From an uncultured Ignavibacteriales bacterium (lineage in GTDB: Bacteria > Zixibacteria > MSB-5A5 > GN15 > FEB-12): a stretch of DNA of 64,000 bases. The DNA is taken from positions 10,487 through 74,486 of the forward strand of contig CAZCZL010000012.1 in assembly GCA_964503315.1 (NCBI GenBank), written 5' to 3'. A program made the position numbers and the translations under genes. This document shows, one piece after another, positions 1 to 7,745 of the stretch (its first letter is position 1; every line of letters starts with the position of its first letter). The notes beneath the pieces are model-generated. The model was not told the origin of the DNA and did no database searches. It worked only from the letters and a program-made list of their open reading frames with translations.

Positions 1-957
1 CAGCTCGAAGAACAGGTGACCGAGTTCCTCGGTACCGAAGCAACCATCCTCTTCCCGTCTTGTATGGACGCCAATGCCGGCGTCTTTGAGGCGCTCCTGA
101 CCAAAGAGGATGTCATGATCGCCGACCGGCTCGTGCACGCCTCGATCATTGATGGCATGCGCCTCTGCGCCGCCGAGCAGGATTCGTTCAAGCATGGGAA
201 TATGGAACATCTCGAAGAGAAGCTCCAACTCCATGCCGACAAGCGGCTCAAGATGGTGATAACCGATGGTGTCTTCTCGATGGATGGCGACACCGCACGG
301 CTCGACCAGATTGTCGCGCTCTGCGAGAAATATGACGCGATGGTTTTTGTCGACGAGTCGCACGCCTCGGGATTTATCGGCAAGACCGGCCGTGGGACGC
401 ATGAGAAATATGGTGTGGTCGGGAAGATCGACATCATCACCACGACATTTGGCAAAGCGCTCGGCGGGGCCTCAGGGGGCTGTGTCTCGGGCCGTCGCGA
501 ACTGGTCGAAATGTGCCGTCAACGGGCGCGGCCGTATCTCTTCTCCAATACAATCGCGCCAGTGGTGGTCTCGGGCGTGATGCGTGTGCTTCAGATTCTG
601 TCGCAGAGCACCGAACGTCGCGACAAACTGGAGAAAAACACTGAGTACTGGCGTCGCGGCCTTACACAGGCTGGCTTCGTGCTCAAGGAAGGCGACACGC
701 CGATCGTCCCGGTGATGCTCTTTAACGCGAAACTGTCGCAGGATGTCTCCCGCGATCTCTTCGATGAAGGGATCTACGCGATCGGGTTCTTTTTCCCGGT
801 TGTCCCGCAGGGGCAGGCGCGTATCAGGACGCAGATTTCCGCCGGACACGAGATACATCATCTCGACAAAGCGCTGGATGCGTTTATCAGAGTTGGGAAG
901 AAGTACAATATTCTCGGAAAGACAAAGCAGGAGATAATTGACATGTACGGAGCGTAG
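1..957 (+). CDS. kbl: glycine C-acetyltransferase / 2-amino-3-ketobutyrate CoA ligase (5' partial, runs off window start)
   Basis: Frame 1 is open from nt 1. The protein closely follows the E. coli Kbl pattern: DGVFSMDGD, VDESHASGFIGKTGRGT, PLP-lysine motif TTFGKALGGASGG, RPYLFSN and PVVPQGQARIRTQISAGH. Confidence 0.85.
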   Translation, partial: QLEEQVTEFLGTEATILFPSCMDANAGVFEALLTKEDVMIADRLVHASIIDGMRLCAAEQDSFKHGNMEHLEEKLQLHADKRLKMVITDGVFSMDGDTARLDQIVALCEKYDAMVFVDESHASGFIGKTGRGTHEKYGVVGKIDIITTTFGKALGGASGGCVSGRRELVEMCRQRARPYLFSNTIAPVVVSGVMRVLQILSQSTERRDKLEKNTEYWRRGLTQAGFVLKEGDTPIVPVMLFNAKLSQDVSRDLFDEGIYAIGFFFPVVPQGQARIRTQISAGHEIHHLDKALDAFIRVGKKYNILGKTKQEIIDMYGA

Positions 958-996
958 CGATCTCCCCACGACGTTGGGCGCAACGTACTGTCTCTG

Positions 997-1026
997 CAAG
1001 GCCACCGAGTCGATCCGGTGGCCTTG
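997..1026 (+). other. perfect 10-bp stem hairpin 40 nt after the kbl stop (weak terminator candidate)
   Basis: caaggccacc (997-1006) pairs with ggtggccttg (1017-1026) across a 10-nt loop. Only a weak T-rich tail follows (tgctatttcat). A second hairpin, atgccagc-gaaa-gctggcat, lies at 1066-1085. Confidence 0.35.
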
Positions 1027-1133
1027 TGCTATTTCATCCACTGATAACCGATCCACCGCCGCCTCATGCCAGCGAAAGCTGGCATCTACGCACATCATCT
1101 TGCCCGCAGGTCTTTTCTCCTCATCAACAAAAA

Positions 1134-1210
1134 GGCTTCGACTACGCTCAGCCCGAAGACCTTCAAAAATGTGATCTTGCAGCCAATTGGGCTGAGCGTA
1201 GTCGAAGCCC
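1134..1210. repeat. REP/MITE-like inverted pair of a 22-nt repeat unit
   Basis: ggcttcgactacgctcagccc (1134-1154) and its reverse complement gggctgagcgtagtcgaagccc (1189-1210) are separated by 34 nt. The same unit recurs at 4686-4707, 4808-4829 and 32017-32038. Confidence 0.7.
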
Positions 1211-1435
1211 GATTACTAGTCCCTATTTCGTCTACAAGACATCGTGGCAATCACCTATCCGGCTACCTATGAACAACTTACATCGACAGTCTCGGCACCA
1301 TCCTCTCCCCTTGCTCTAAATAACTAACTCCCTATATTACGCCGACTTTTGGAGCGCCCACTGGAGAACAGGGTCCAAGATCGACCCCCGCAAAACCCTG
1401 TCCCTCCCGCCCGGAAGTCGTAAAGGAGTGTAGCT

Positions 1436-2671
1436 GTGCCACTGGATAAATTCATCCCCGCCCTCTCTGCCGAGATCGCGCAGATCGACAACGCCAAAAC
1501 ATCCAAAGCGAATGAACGAATAGTCGTCGAGATGCTTCCCGCCAACGGGAATCGCGGACCACGCTTCAAGCTTCAGGGATACGCAGATCGTGAGTTCCTG
1601 CGGATGAATTCGAATTCCTATCTCGGGATGTCCTGCCGCCAGGTGGTGACACATGCCGAGGAGGAGACTGTCCGCATGTTTGGCGCGGGACCCGGCGCGG
1701 TTCGCTTTATCTCCGGCACCTACGAGCCGCATGTCGCGCTCGAAAAACGACTGGCGCAGTTCCATGGCCGCGAAGATTGCATGATCACCTCCGCGGCGTA
1801 TACTTCGGTGCTCGGCGTGATCGTGTCACTCACGACCACCGAAACGATCATCCTCTCCGATGAACTGAATCACAACTGTATCATCAACGCGATGAAGCTC
1901 TCCCGCCCGAAAGACAAAAAGGTCTACCGCCATGTTGATCTGGAGGATATGGAAGAGCAGATCATCGCCTGCGAAGGCCAGTGCGATACGCTGCTGTTGA
2001 TCACCGATGGCGTCTTTTCGATGCGTGGGGTCTACGCGCCGCTTGATAAGATATCGGCGATCGTCGCGAAGCATGATCACCTCTTCCCGCGCGGAATCGT
2101 GCTGATAGTCGATGACTCCCACGGCGTCGGCGCGCTCGGCGAAACCGGCCGGGGGACTGAAGAGATCTGCAAGGCGAATGGTGTCGATATTCTGGTCGCG
2201 ACCCTCGGCAAAGCTTTTGGCGTCAATGGCGGCTATATCGTTTCGAAGAAAGAAGTGATCCGCTATCTGCGCGAGCGGAACCCGCTCTATATTTTCACCA
2301 ACCCGATCACTCAGGGCGAGGCCTCGGCCGCTCTTGCCTCGATCAACCTGCTCGACTCAGCCGATGGCCGGAAATTGCTGGATCATCTGCACAAACTGGT
2401 CGCTATGTTTGAGAAGGGGCTGACTGATTTAGGCTACGAGACACTCTCCAGCCCGCATCCGGTGACACCACTGATGGTCCGCGACACGGCGAAGACCACT
2501 CGATTGGTTCAATATCTGTTCGAAAATGGTATTCTGGCGACCGGGCTGAATTATCCGGTAGTACCACGCGGCGACGAACTGATCCGTTTCCAGGTCAACG
2601 CCGACCACACGGAGAGCGATTTGAAGTATGTGCTGGAGGTGTTGGGGAAGTTCAGAAAAGAGCAGTGGTGA
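1436..2671 (+). CDS. alpha-oxoamine synthase family PLP-dependent acyltransferase (divergent Kbl/BioF/Spt-like paralog)
   Basis: 411-aa ORF with a GTG start 7 nt after aaggag (1423-1428). Family motifs are VRFISGT, TDGVFSMRG, VDDSHGVGALGETGRGT, PLP lysine ATLGKAFGVNGGY and NYPVVPRGDELIRFQV. It lacks the Kbl-specific DANGG and GGASGG strings. Confidence 0.8.
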   Translation: MPLDKFIPALSAEIAQIDNAKTSKANERIVVEMLPANGNRGPRFKLQGYADREFLRMNSNSYLGMSCRQVVTHAEEETVRMFGAGPGAVRFISGTYEPHVALEKRLAQFHGREDCMITSAAYTSVLGVIVSLTTTETIILSDELNHNCIINAMKLSRPKDKKVYRHVDLEDMEEQIIACEGQCDTLLLITDGVFSMRGVYAPLDKISAIVAKHDHLFPRGIVLIVDDSHGVGALGETGRGTEEICKANGVDILVATLGKAFGVNGGYIVSKKEVIRYLRERNPLYIFTNPITQGEASAALASINLLDSADGRKLLDHLHKLVAMFEKGLTDLGYETLSSPHPVTPLMVRDTAKTTRLVQYLFENGILATGLNYPVVPRGDELIRFQVNADHTESDLKYVLEVLGKFRKEQW

Positions 2672-2679
2672 TCTAATTT

Positions 2680-2698
2680 CCACCATAAATGGTGGGGT
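2680..2698 (+). other. short hairpin immediately after the stop of the 1436-2671 gene
   Basis: ccacca-taaa-tggtgg is self-complementary. No T-tract follows. A reverse-complement copy of 16 nt lies at 4869-4884. Confidence 0.4.
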
Positions 2699-2763
2699 AC
2701 GGAATACAAGAATTGTGCATGCCGGGTTCGAAGACGGACCCGCCCTACAGGGCTGCCTTCCTT

Positions 2764-4284
2764 CTATCGCTTGAATCGCCTCCGCAGAGCCAACAAAAAT
2801 AGCGAAAGCAAGATAACGGATAGCAGTACTTGTGTTGCCTGAATAAAGCTCTGGCCGGTAGTGAGCACTAAGTTCTTGTTACTTTGCAGCATCATAACGT
2901 TTGCGCTGTACAAAAGCGCTAACATGAAGTCATGCGATGATTCCGAGGGCACGCCACCGGGGCTACTGACTTGATGCCCTTCTATTGTGCCACTCACTGG
3001 AAAACCAGCGACACTGTGTAACACAGATGCAAACAACCATAGCCCAATTAGCAACCACAATGGTCTTACATAATTTTCGCCGTACCTTGAGGAATATCTG
3101 TACAGCCAGAAAAGTACTAAGGTTGTTCCGTCTTTGATTGCATGCAGAACACTCGTGGTCAGCGATGCAAAGTGATAGTATCTAAGACACATCCAAAGTG
3201 GCGGTGACGCCAACTTCGTGCGCCCGTCTTCTGCCAAACTGTTCCTCTTCACTGCAAGATGTTTTCGGCACTCCATCTCGCGTAGATGCCAATCACTTGC
3301 GCCAATGAAATCGCGTCTCGCCTCGTAATTGGCCTTCATTTGAATGTAGAGCTGGCAAAGTTGATTGATTTCTTCGCGCTCAAGATGATCCAACCCCGGT
3401 TGTCCACGTCGAAGGTCGATTTCGTCATATAACAATAATCTGCCGAGCTCCGGCCACTTAGGTGCGACAAAATAGACATTATCAATAATGGAAAACAAGA
3501 AAGAGGACCTAAGTAAGTTTGCCTCTATGAAAGTAGCAGAGTCCATTTGAGTGAAGTTTACCATTTGGAAACTGAGACTTGGGGACTCCTCCTTGCTATC
3601 GGGATAATTCGTGAACTCAAAGTGACCACTGCAACGAAAACCACGAAATGAAACATTTGATGAGTGCAATGCTATAAAATTGCGATCGAATTTTTCATTC
3701 CCCTTGGATGTAATACTTACCGCAAATCTGTTACAATTGAACGTCGAATCACTGAAGTTTGCATTCGGACAATCTATATAAACGCCTGAAAATGGGAACT
3801 TTGGTAAGTCAAAATGAGCATTGCTGAAGGATATGCTATCAGACAATTGGAATTTGCATGGGCCGATGAACTTTGTGGTACCCTCAAACCTCGACTTCTC
3901 GAACGTCGCTTTCTCCCCGCTGACGCTAATGCACTCAAAGAGTGTATTTCGTATGACTGCGTCGTCGAAAGTTGGATTACGGAGCGAGACGCTGAAAAAT
4001 TGGCAGTCCTCAAAAGTAGTTCTATCAAATCGAACATCTGAGTACCCTTCCAGATGCTCTCTAAGGAATCTGAAGCCCACAAATCTTCGACCCGACAAGT
4101 CTAAGAAGGAACGATTTCGCTTGCCAGCGTACTGAACCAATTCAGGTTCGTTACCGAGTTGAATGGCCCCTAACGAGTGCAATCCGCAGAATCGACCCTG
4201 GGTCTCTATTCCGCAAATCTTCCCATCAGACAGAACTACATCGCAAACGGGCATGTACTCCCCTTGGCAGTGGCTCAATGTCAC
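2764..4284 (-). CDS. pentapeptide-repeat protein with N-terminal Cys cluster and C-terminal multi-pass membrane domain (function unknown)
   Basis: 506-aa ORF from a GTG at 4284. An alternative ATG at 4254 is preceded by aaggggag. The N-terminus carries CDVV..C..x10..C..H. Next comes a long run of degenerate A(D/N)LxX-type pentapeptide repeats (RFDRTTFEDCQFFSVSLRNPTFDDAVIRNTLFECISVSGEKATFEKSRFEG...). The C-terminus has 3-4 hydrophobic helices (YGENYVRPLWLLIGLWLFASVL ... VLLSVILLSLFLLAL). GC is far below the flanks. Confidence 0.75.
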   Translation of the reverse strand: MTLSHCQGEYMPVCDVVLSDGKICGIETQGRFCGLHSLGAIQLGNEPELVQYAGKRNRSFLDLSGRRFVGFRFLREHLEGYSDVRFDRTTFEDCQFFSVSLRNPTFDDAVIRNTLFECISVSGEKATFEKSRFEGTTKFIGPCKFQLSDSISFSNAHFDLPKFPFSGVYIDCPNANFSDSTFNCNRFAVSITSKGNEKFDRNFIALHSSNVSFRGFRCSGHFEFTNYPDSKEESPSLSFQMVNFTQMDSATFIEANLLRSSFLFSIIDNVYFVAPKWPELGRLLLYDEIDLRRGQPGLDHLEREEINQLCQLYIQMKANYEARRDFIGASDWHLREMECRKHLAVKRNSLAEDGRTKLASPPLWMCLRYYHFASLTTSVLHAIKDGTTLVLFWLYRYSSRYGENYVRPLWLLIGLWLFASVLHSVAGFPVSGTIEGHQVSSPGGVPSESSHDFMLALLYSANVMMLQSNKNLVLTTGQSFIQATQVLLSVILLSLFLLALRRRFKR

Positions 4285-4287
4285 TAC

Positions 4288-4614
4288 TCAGTCATTAAAC
4301 AGATCGTCGAACTTCTTCTTCCGGTTGTCTTTGGTTTCCGGGCCCTGGGTCGAAACGCCACCCGGGCGTTTCACCACTTCGCGAACTTGATAGACATCGC
4401 AGAAATTCGACTTCTCCTTCTCCACGATATTATTGTCGATCGTTTCGCGGCACTGGAAGCGTCGGGTCGGATCGAAGTGGCGACATCCGCGACAGCATCG
4501 CAGATCCGCGTTGCACTGCGGGCAGGTATCGTTGCGGAAGACCTTGCCGGTGATGCCGGTCGGTTTCCCGCAGCTCCAACAGAGGAGCCCTTCGGTTGGC
4601 ATGATAGGTGTCAT
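4288..4614 (-). CDS. small Cys-rich zinc-ribbon protein (function unknown)
   Basis: 108-aa ORF with CWSC..x17..CPQC..x5..CCRGC plus a basic, Lys-rich tail. GC is high like the host background. Its stop lies 3 nt before the next ORF. Confidence 0.6.
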   Translation of the reverse strand: MTPIMPTEGLLCWSCGKPTGITGKVFRNDTCPQCNADLRCCRGCRHFDPTRRFQCRETIDNNIVEKEKSNFCDVYQVREVVKRPGGVSTQGPETKDNRKKKFDDLFND

Positions 4615-4685
4615 GTCGGGAATATAATGGACAAGAGAATCGGATGCATCGGGAAAGTTGGGGGGGGCCAGGGGGTCCCCAAATC

Positions 4686-4829
4686 GGGCTTCGACTACGC
4701 TCAGCCCGATTTGCGCAGAGTCCTGCCTACCTGCGGTAGATAGCTTCCAAACACGATCATACCGCCACCATTTGTGCGCATTCTCCGAGAGACTCTCAGT
4801 AGTAATTGGGCTGAGCGCAGTCGAAGCCC
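4686..4829. repeat. REP/MITE-like inverted pair of the 22-nt repeat unit
   Basis: gggcttcgactacgctcagccc (4686-4707) and gggctgagcgcagtcgaagccc (4808-4829) form a reverse-complement pair with 1 mismatch and a 100-nt spacer. Confidence 0.7.
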
Positions 4830-4889
4830 CGACTCAAAACAATACTTGGCCCTGCACTTCCCCTCCGCACCCCACCATTTATGGCAGGC

Positions 4890-4928
4890 AAAAAAAAGAG
4901 GCTTGGCGTTTCCCTAACACCAAACCTC
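4890..4928 (-). terminator. rho-independent terminator of icd
   Basis: Read on the minus strand: GAGGTTTGGTG, a 9-nt loop, CGCCAAGCCTC, then T8. The two non-Watson-Crick positions are G-U pairs only on the minus-strand transcript. It lies 25 nt downstream of the icd stop. Confidence 0.7.
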
Positions 4929-4952
4929 AGAGGCCCCTCCACCGGTCGCGTC

Positions 4953-5966
4953 CTATGACCGGCTCTTTATTTCCTTGATCAACTCGTCGGTGAATTCAGT
5001 GGTCGAGCAGGTGCCGCCGAGATCGCGCGTCAGGTGGTGCCCCATCGCGAGCGACAAAACCATCGCTTTCCAGATCCGATCCGCTGCCTCGGCCTCGCCA
5101 ATATGGCGGAGCATGAGGAGCGATGAGAAGATCAGCGCGGTCGGGTTGGCGATATTCTTTCCGGCGATATCCGGCGCGGTGCCGTGCACCGCCTCGAAGA
5201 CCGCGTACTCGTCGCCGATATTCGCACCCGGCACCACGCCGAGTCCGCCGACCAGGCCGGCGGCGAGATCCGAGACGATATCGCCGAACAGATTCCCCAG
5301 CAACAGCATATCGAACCGGGTCGGGTCCATCACCAACTGCATGCAGAGGGCATCGACTATCTTATCCTCGGCCTTGATATCCGGGTATTCTTTGGCGACC
5401 TCTTCGAATGTCCGCAGGAAGAGACCATCGGTCATCTTCATGATATTCGCTTTGTGCACCAACGTGATCTTTTTGCGTTTGTTCTGGCGCGCGTATTCGA
5501 AAGCCCAGCGGGCGATCTTGGCCGACGCTTTTTCCGTGACCACTTTCATCGCGGTCATCACACCCGGCGAGACCATGCTCTCAATACCGGTGTAAAGATC
5601 CTCGGTGTTTTCACGGAAGATGACCAGGTCGACTTTGTCGAAATGGCTCGGCACACCGCCGATAGATTTCACTGGTCGCAGGTTGACATACAGGTCGAGC
5701 TTCTGGCGAAGCGTGACATTGGCCGACTTGAACCCTTTCCCGACCAGGGTCGTGAGCGGGCCTTTGAGGGCGATCTTGTTTTCCTTGATGGAATCGATCA
5801 GGGCATCGGGAACGGTCTCGCCATATTTCTGGATACCGGCCATGCCGGCCTCGAAGGAATCCCACTGGATATCGACTCCAGCAGCTTCAATAACGCGGAC
5901 AGTCGCTTCAGTGACTTCGGGGCCGATCCCGTCGCCGGGTATGAGGGTAATTTTGTGTTTTGCCAT
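4953..5966 (-). CDS. icd: isocitrate dehydrogenase (NAD-type) / isocitrate-isopropylmalate dehydrogenase family
   Basis: MAKHKITLIPGDGIGPEV N-terminus, plus NLRP, FRENTEDLY, GNLFGDIVSDLAAGLVGGLG and HGTAPDIAGKNIANP. The start is set at the internal ATG (5966) that begins the conserved N-terminus. The maximal ORF extends to 6020. Confidence 0.8.
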   Translation of the reverse strand: MAKHKITLIPGDGIGPEVTEATVRVIEAAGVDIQWDSFEAGMAGIQKYGETVPDALIDSIKENKIALKGPLTTLVGKGFKSANVTLRQKLDLYVNLRPVKSIGGVPSHFDKVDLVIFRENTEDLYTGIESMVSPGVMTAMKVVTEKASAKIARWAFEYARQNKRKKITLVHKANIMKMTDGLFLRTFEEVAKEYPDIKAEDKIVDALCMQLVMDPTRFDMLLLGNLFGDIVSDLAAGLVGGLGVVPGANIGDEYAVFEAVHGTAPDIAGKNIANPTALIFSSLLMLRHIGEAEAADRIWKAMVLSLAMGHHLTRDLGGTCSTTEFTDELIKEIKSRS

Positions 5967-6109
5967 TCTTGCTTTCGTGCTTTCTGGCCGGAAACAACGT
6001 CTCCAGCGGCGGTTCGTCAATAGCTAATTTCCTGCGGTCAGACTCGGAAACCAATGGTCGCTCCCGTTTGTTCAGACAAAAACGAATTGACCAAACAGAA
6101 GGAGCCGTG

Positions 6110-6655
6110 ATGCGAAGGACACTTTTGCCGGTGATGATCATCCTGTTGATATCAGTCGCCGGTTTCGCCACAGAAAGGATAACCGCTATGCCGAAGGTTG
6201 GTGACACGATCCCGGAGTTCAAATTACCCTACGCGACAAAGGACGCAGTCAACTGGGAGGGGCTTGGTTCCGCCGACCTGAAAGGGAAGCGCTATCTGCT
6301 TGCCTTTTATCCGGCGGACTGGTCGGGTGGATGTACCAAAGAGGTCTGCACGTTCCGCGATGCCATCACGCAGTTTGAAGGATTGAATGTTGAGGTCCTC
6401 CCCGTGTCGGCTGACCTGGTGTACAGTCATCAGGAATGGGCGAAACATCATAACCTGCCGTTCCGACTTCTGTCCGACCACTGGCGGAATTTCGGGAAAA
6501 CGATGGGGGTCTGGAATGAGGAGCGCGGGTATTTCAAGCGGGCGGTTTGTGTGGTCGGCCCGGACGGGATAGTCGAGTATGTCGACGAAGCATACTCTGT
6601 CGCCGATGACAACGATTTCAATGATTTGAAGGCGTTTCTGGCGACGAAGAATTAG
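6110..6655 (+). CDS. secreted peroxiredoxin (AhpC/TSA-BCP family)
   Basis: ATG at 6110 sits 7 nt after aaggag. There is a signal-like N-terminus (MRRTLLPVMIILLISVAGFA). The peroxidatic motif is FYPADWSGGCTKEVC, and the downstream region is SHQEWAKHHNLPFRLLSD. Confidence 0.75.
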   Translation: MRRTLLPVMIILLISVAGFATERITAMPKVGDTIPEFKLPYATKDAVNWEGLGSADLKGKRYLLAFYPADWSGGCTKEVCTFRDAITQFEGLNVEVLPVSADLVYSHQEWAKHHNLPFRLLSDHWRNFGKTMGVWNEERGYFKRAVCVVGPDGIVEYVDEAYSVADDNDFNDLKAFLATKN

Positions 6656-6679
6656 TATCCGTAGATCGTAATCGAAATG

Positions 6680-6707
6680 CGGCTCGGTTAATGACCGGGC
6701 CGTTTTT
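6680..6707 (+). terminator. rho-independent terminator after the peroxiredoxin gene
   Basis: cggctcgg, a ttaatga loop, ccgggccg, then ttttt. There is one wobble in an 8-bp stem. Confidence 0.55.
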
Positions 6708-6712
6708 GTTGG

Positions 6713-7711
6713 TCAAAGAGTCTCCAGCAGCCAGCCGGAGAGATTGAAATAGAACATCAGCGCCATGATATCGGCGACCGCGAGCACGATCGGCCCGGCG
6801 GCGACCTGCGGATTGATCCTGAGACGTCGAATTATCCCCGGCACCGCCACACCGAGCAGACAGGCGGTTATCATCGAGAGCCAGATCGCGCACCCGATCA
6901 CCAGCGCGACCACCCAATCGCGCTGCCAGAGCCATCCGACCGCTCCGACGATCGCGCCGCTGGCCAGACCGATCATCGCGGCAACGATCAGTTCGCGCCG
7001 TAATGCCGAGAGGAGCATTGAATCGGGTTGTCCCGTGTCAGGCGACGCCTGCAGCGTCAGGGTCATCGACTGCATCGAGACCGATTCCGCCAGCGCCAGC
7101 ACCACCGGCACAAACATGGCGAGCAGGATGACGATCTCCAGCAGAGATTCATACTGGCTCATGATGAGCGCGCACATGATACCGCCGACAATATTGACCA
7201 ACAGCCAGGGGAAGCGGTCCTTGAAGCTGGCCCAGAGCGACGACTTACGCCCCAGAGTGACGTGAATACCGATCAACTGGAAGGCGTTCTCTATTTCATG
7301 CTGCTCCGAAAGCGCGTTCAGCTCGTCGGTGAACAACTCGATATCGACCACACCGACCAGGTGGTTCTCGTCATCAACCACGGGCATCGCCAGATAGCGA
7401 TAAAACAGGAACTGCTCCATGGCGATCAGCACGGTCGCCCGTTCCGGGATCGAAACGACCCGGGTCAACATCAACGACGATATCTTTTCGGTCAGTGGCG
7501 CCATGAGGAGCCGTCGTACGGGGACCACGCCGACCAGTTGCGATCGCTCATTCAAAACGTAGAAATAGACGATCTTCTCGCTCAATTCAGTGCCGCGCAG
7601 ACGAGACATCGCCTCCTGCACCGTCTCACTCTCTTTAAGGGTCGTGATATTGCGATGAAGGTAGTTGACTATCGGGTCATCGAGATTCTGTGCGGTCAGT
7701 TTGCTGTTCAT
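6713..7711 (-). CDS. mgtE: magnesium transporter MgtE (short form: CBS pair plus membrane domain)
   Basis: The CBS-pair region (VGVVPVRRLL ... HLVGVVDIELF) is followed by MgtE membrane-domain strings (RFPWLLVNIVGG, LAMFVPVVLALAESVSMQS, DIMALMFYF). The start is taken at the ATG at 7711 to avoid overlapping the upstream gene. Confidence 0.75.
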   Translation of the reverse strand: MNSKLTAQNLDDPIVNYLHRNITTLKESETVQEAMSRLRGTELSEKIVYFYVLNERSQLVGVVPVRRLLMAPLTEKISSLMLTRVVSIPERATVLIAMEQFLFYRYLAMPVVDDENHLVGVVDIELFTDELNALSEQHEIENAFQLIGIHVTLGRKSSLWASFKDRFPWLLVNIVGGIMCALIMSQYESLLEIVILLAMFVPVVLALAESVSMQSMTLTLQASPDTGQPDSMLLSALRRELIVAAMIGLASGAIVGAVGWLWQRDWVVALVIGCAIWLSMITACLLGVAVPGIIRRLRINPQVAAGPIVLAVADIMALMFYFNLSGWLLETL

Positions 7712-7745
7712 GGGCACTTGTTCTACGCGAGCTCTCGCGAAAAGT

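Noticed and set aside
1340-1435. Possible glycine riboswitch upstream of the second alpha-oxoamine synthase gene (contains CTGGAGA).
   Set aside because: The conserved ACCGAAGGGGCAA-type core and the paired-aptamer architecture are absent. Only a short chance match is present.
2721-2745. gccgggttcgaagacggacccgcc looked like a tRNA T-arm/3' fragment and therefore a possible att site for the low-GC island.
   Set aside because: No 5-bp T-stem can be formed around a 7-nt TTCGAAx loop, and no acceptor-stem continuation is present. The resemblance is limited to GGTTCGAA.
5184-6023. Long antisense ORFs opposite strongly conserved genes. Examples are 5184-6023 opposite icd, 7028-7768 opposite mgtE, 8444-9235 opposite the lipid kinase, 25511-26167 and 26573-27232 opposite pcrA, 32424-33266 opposite clpX, 33847-34491 opposite clpP and 43111-43851 opposite the ADH.
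   Set aside because: High-GC genomes generate long stop-free antisense frames. The translations are Arg/Gly/Asp-rich and low-complexity, with no motifs. Each fully overlaps a gene with unambiguous family signatures.
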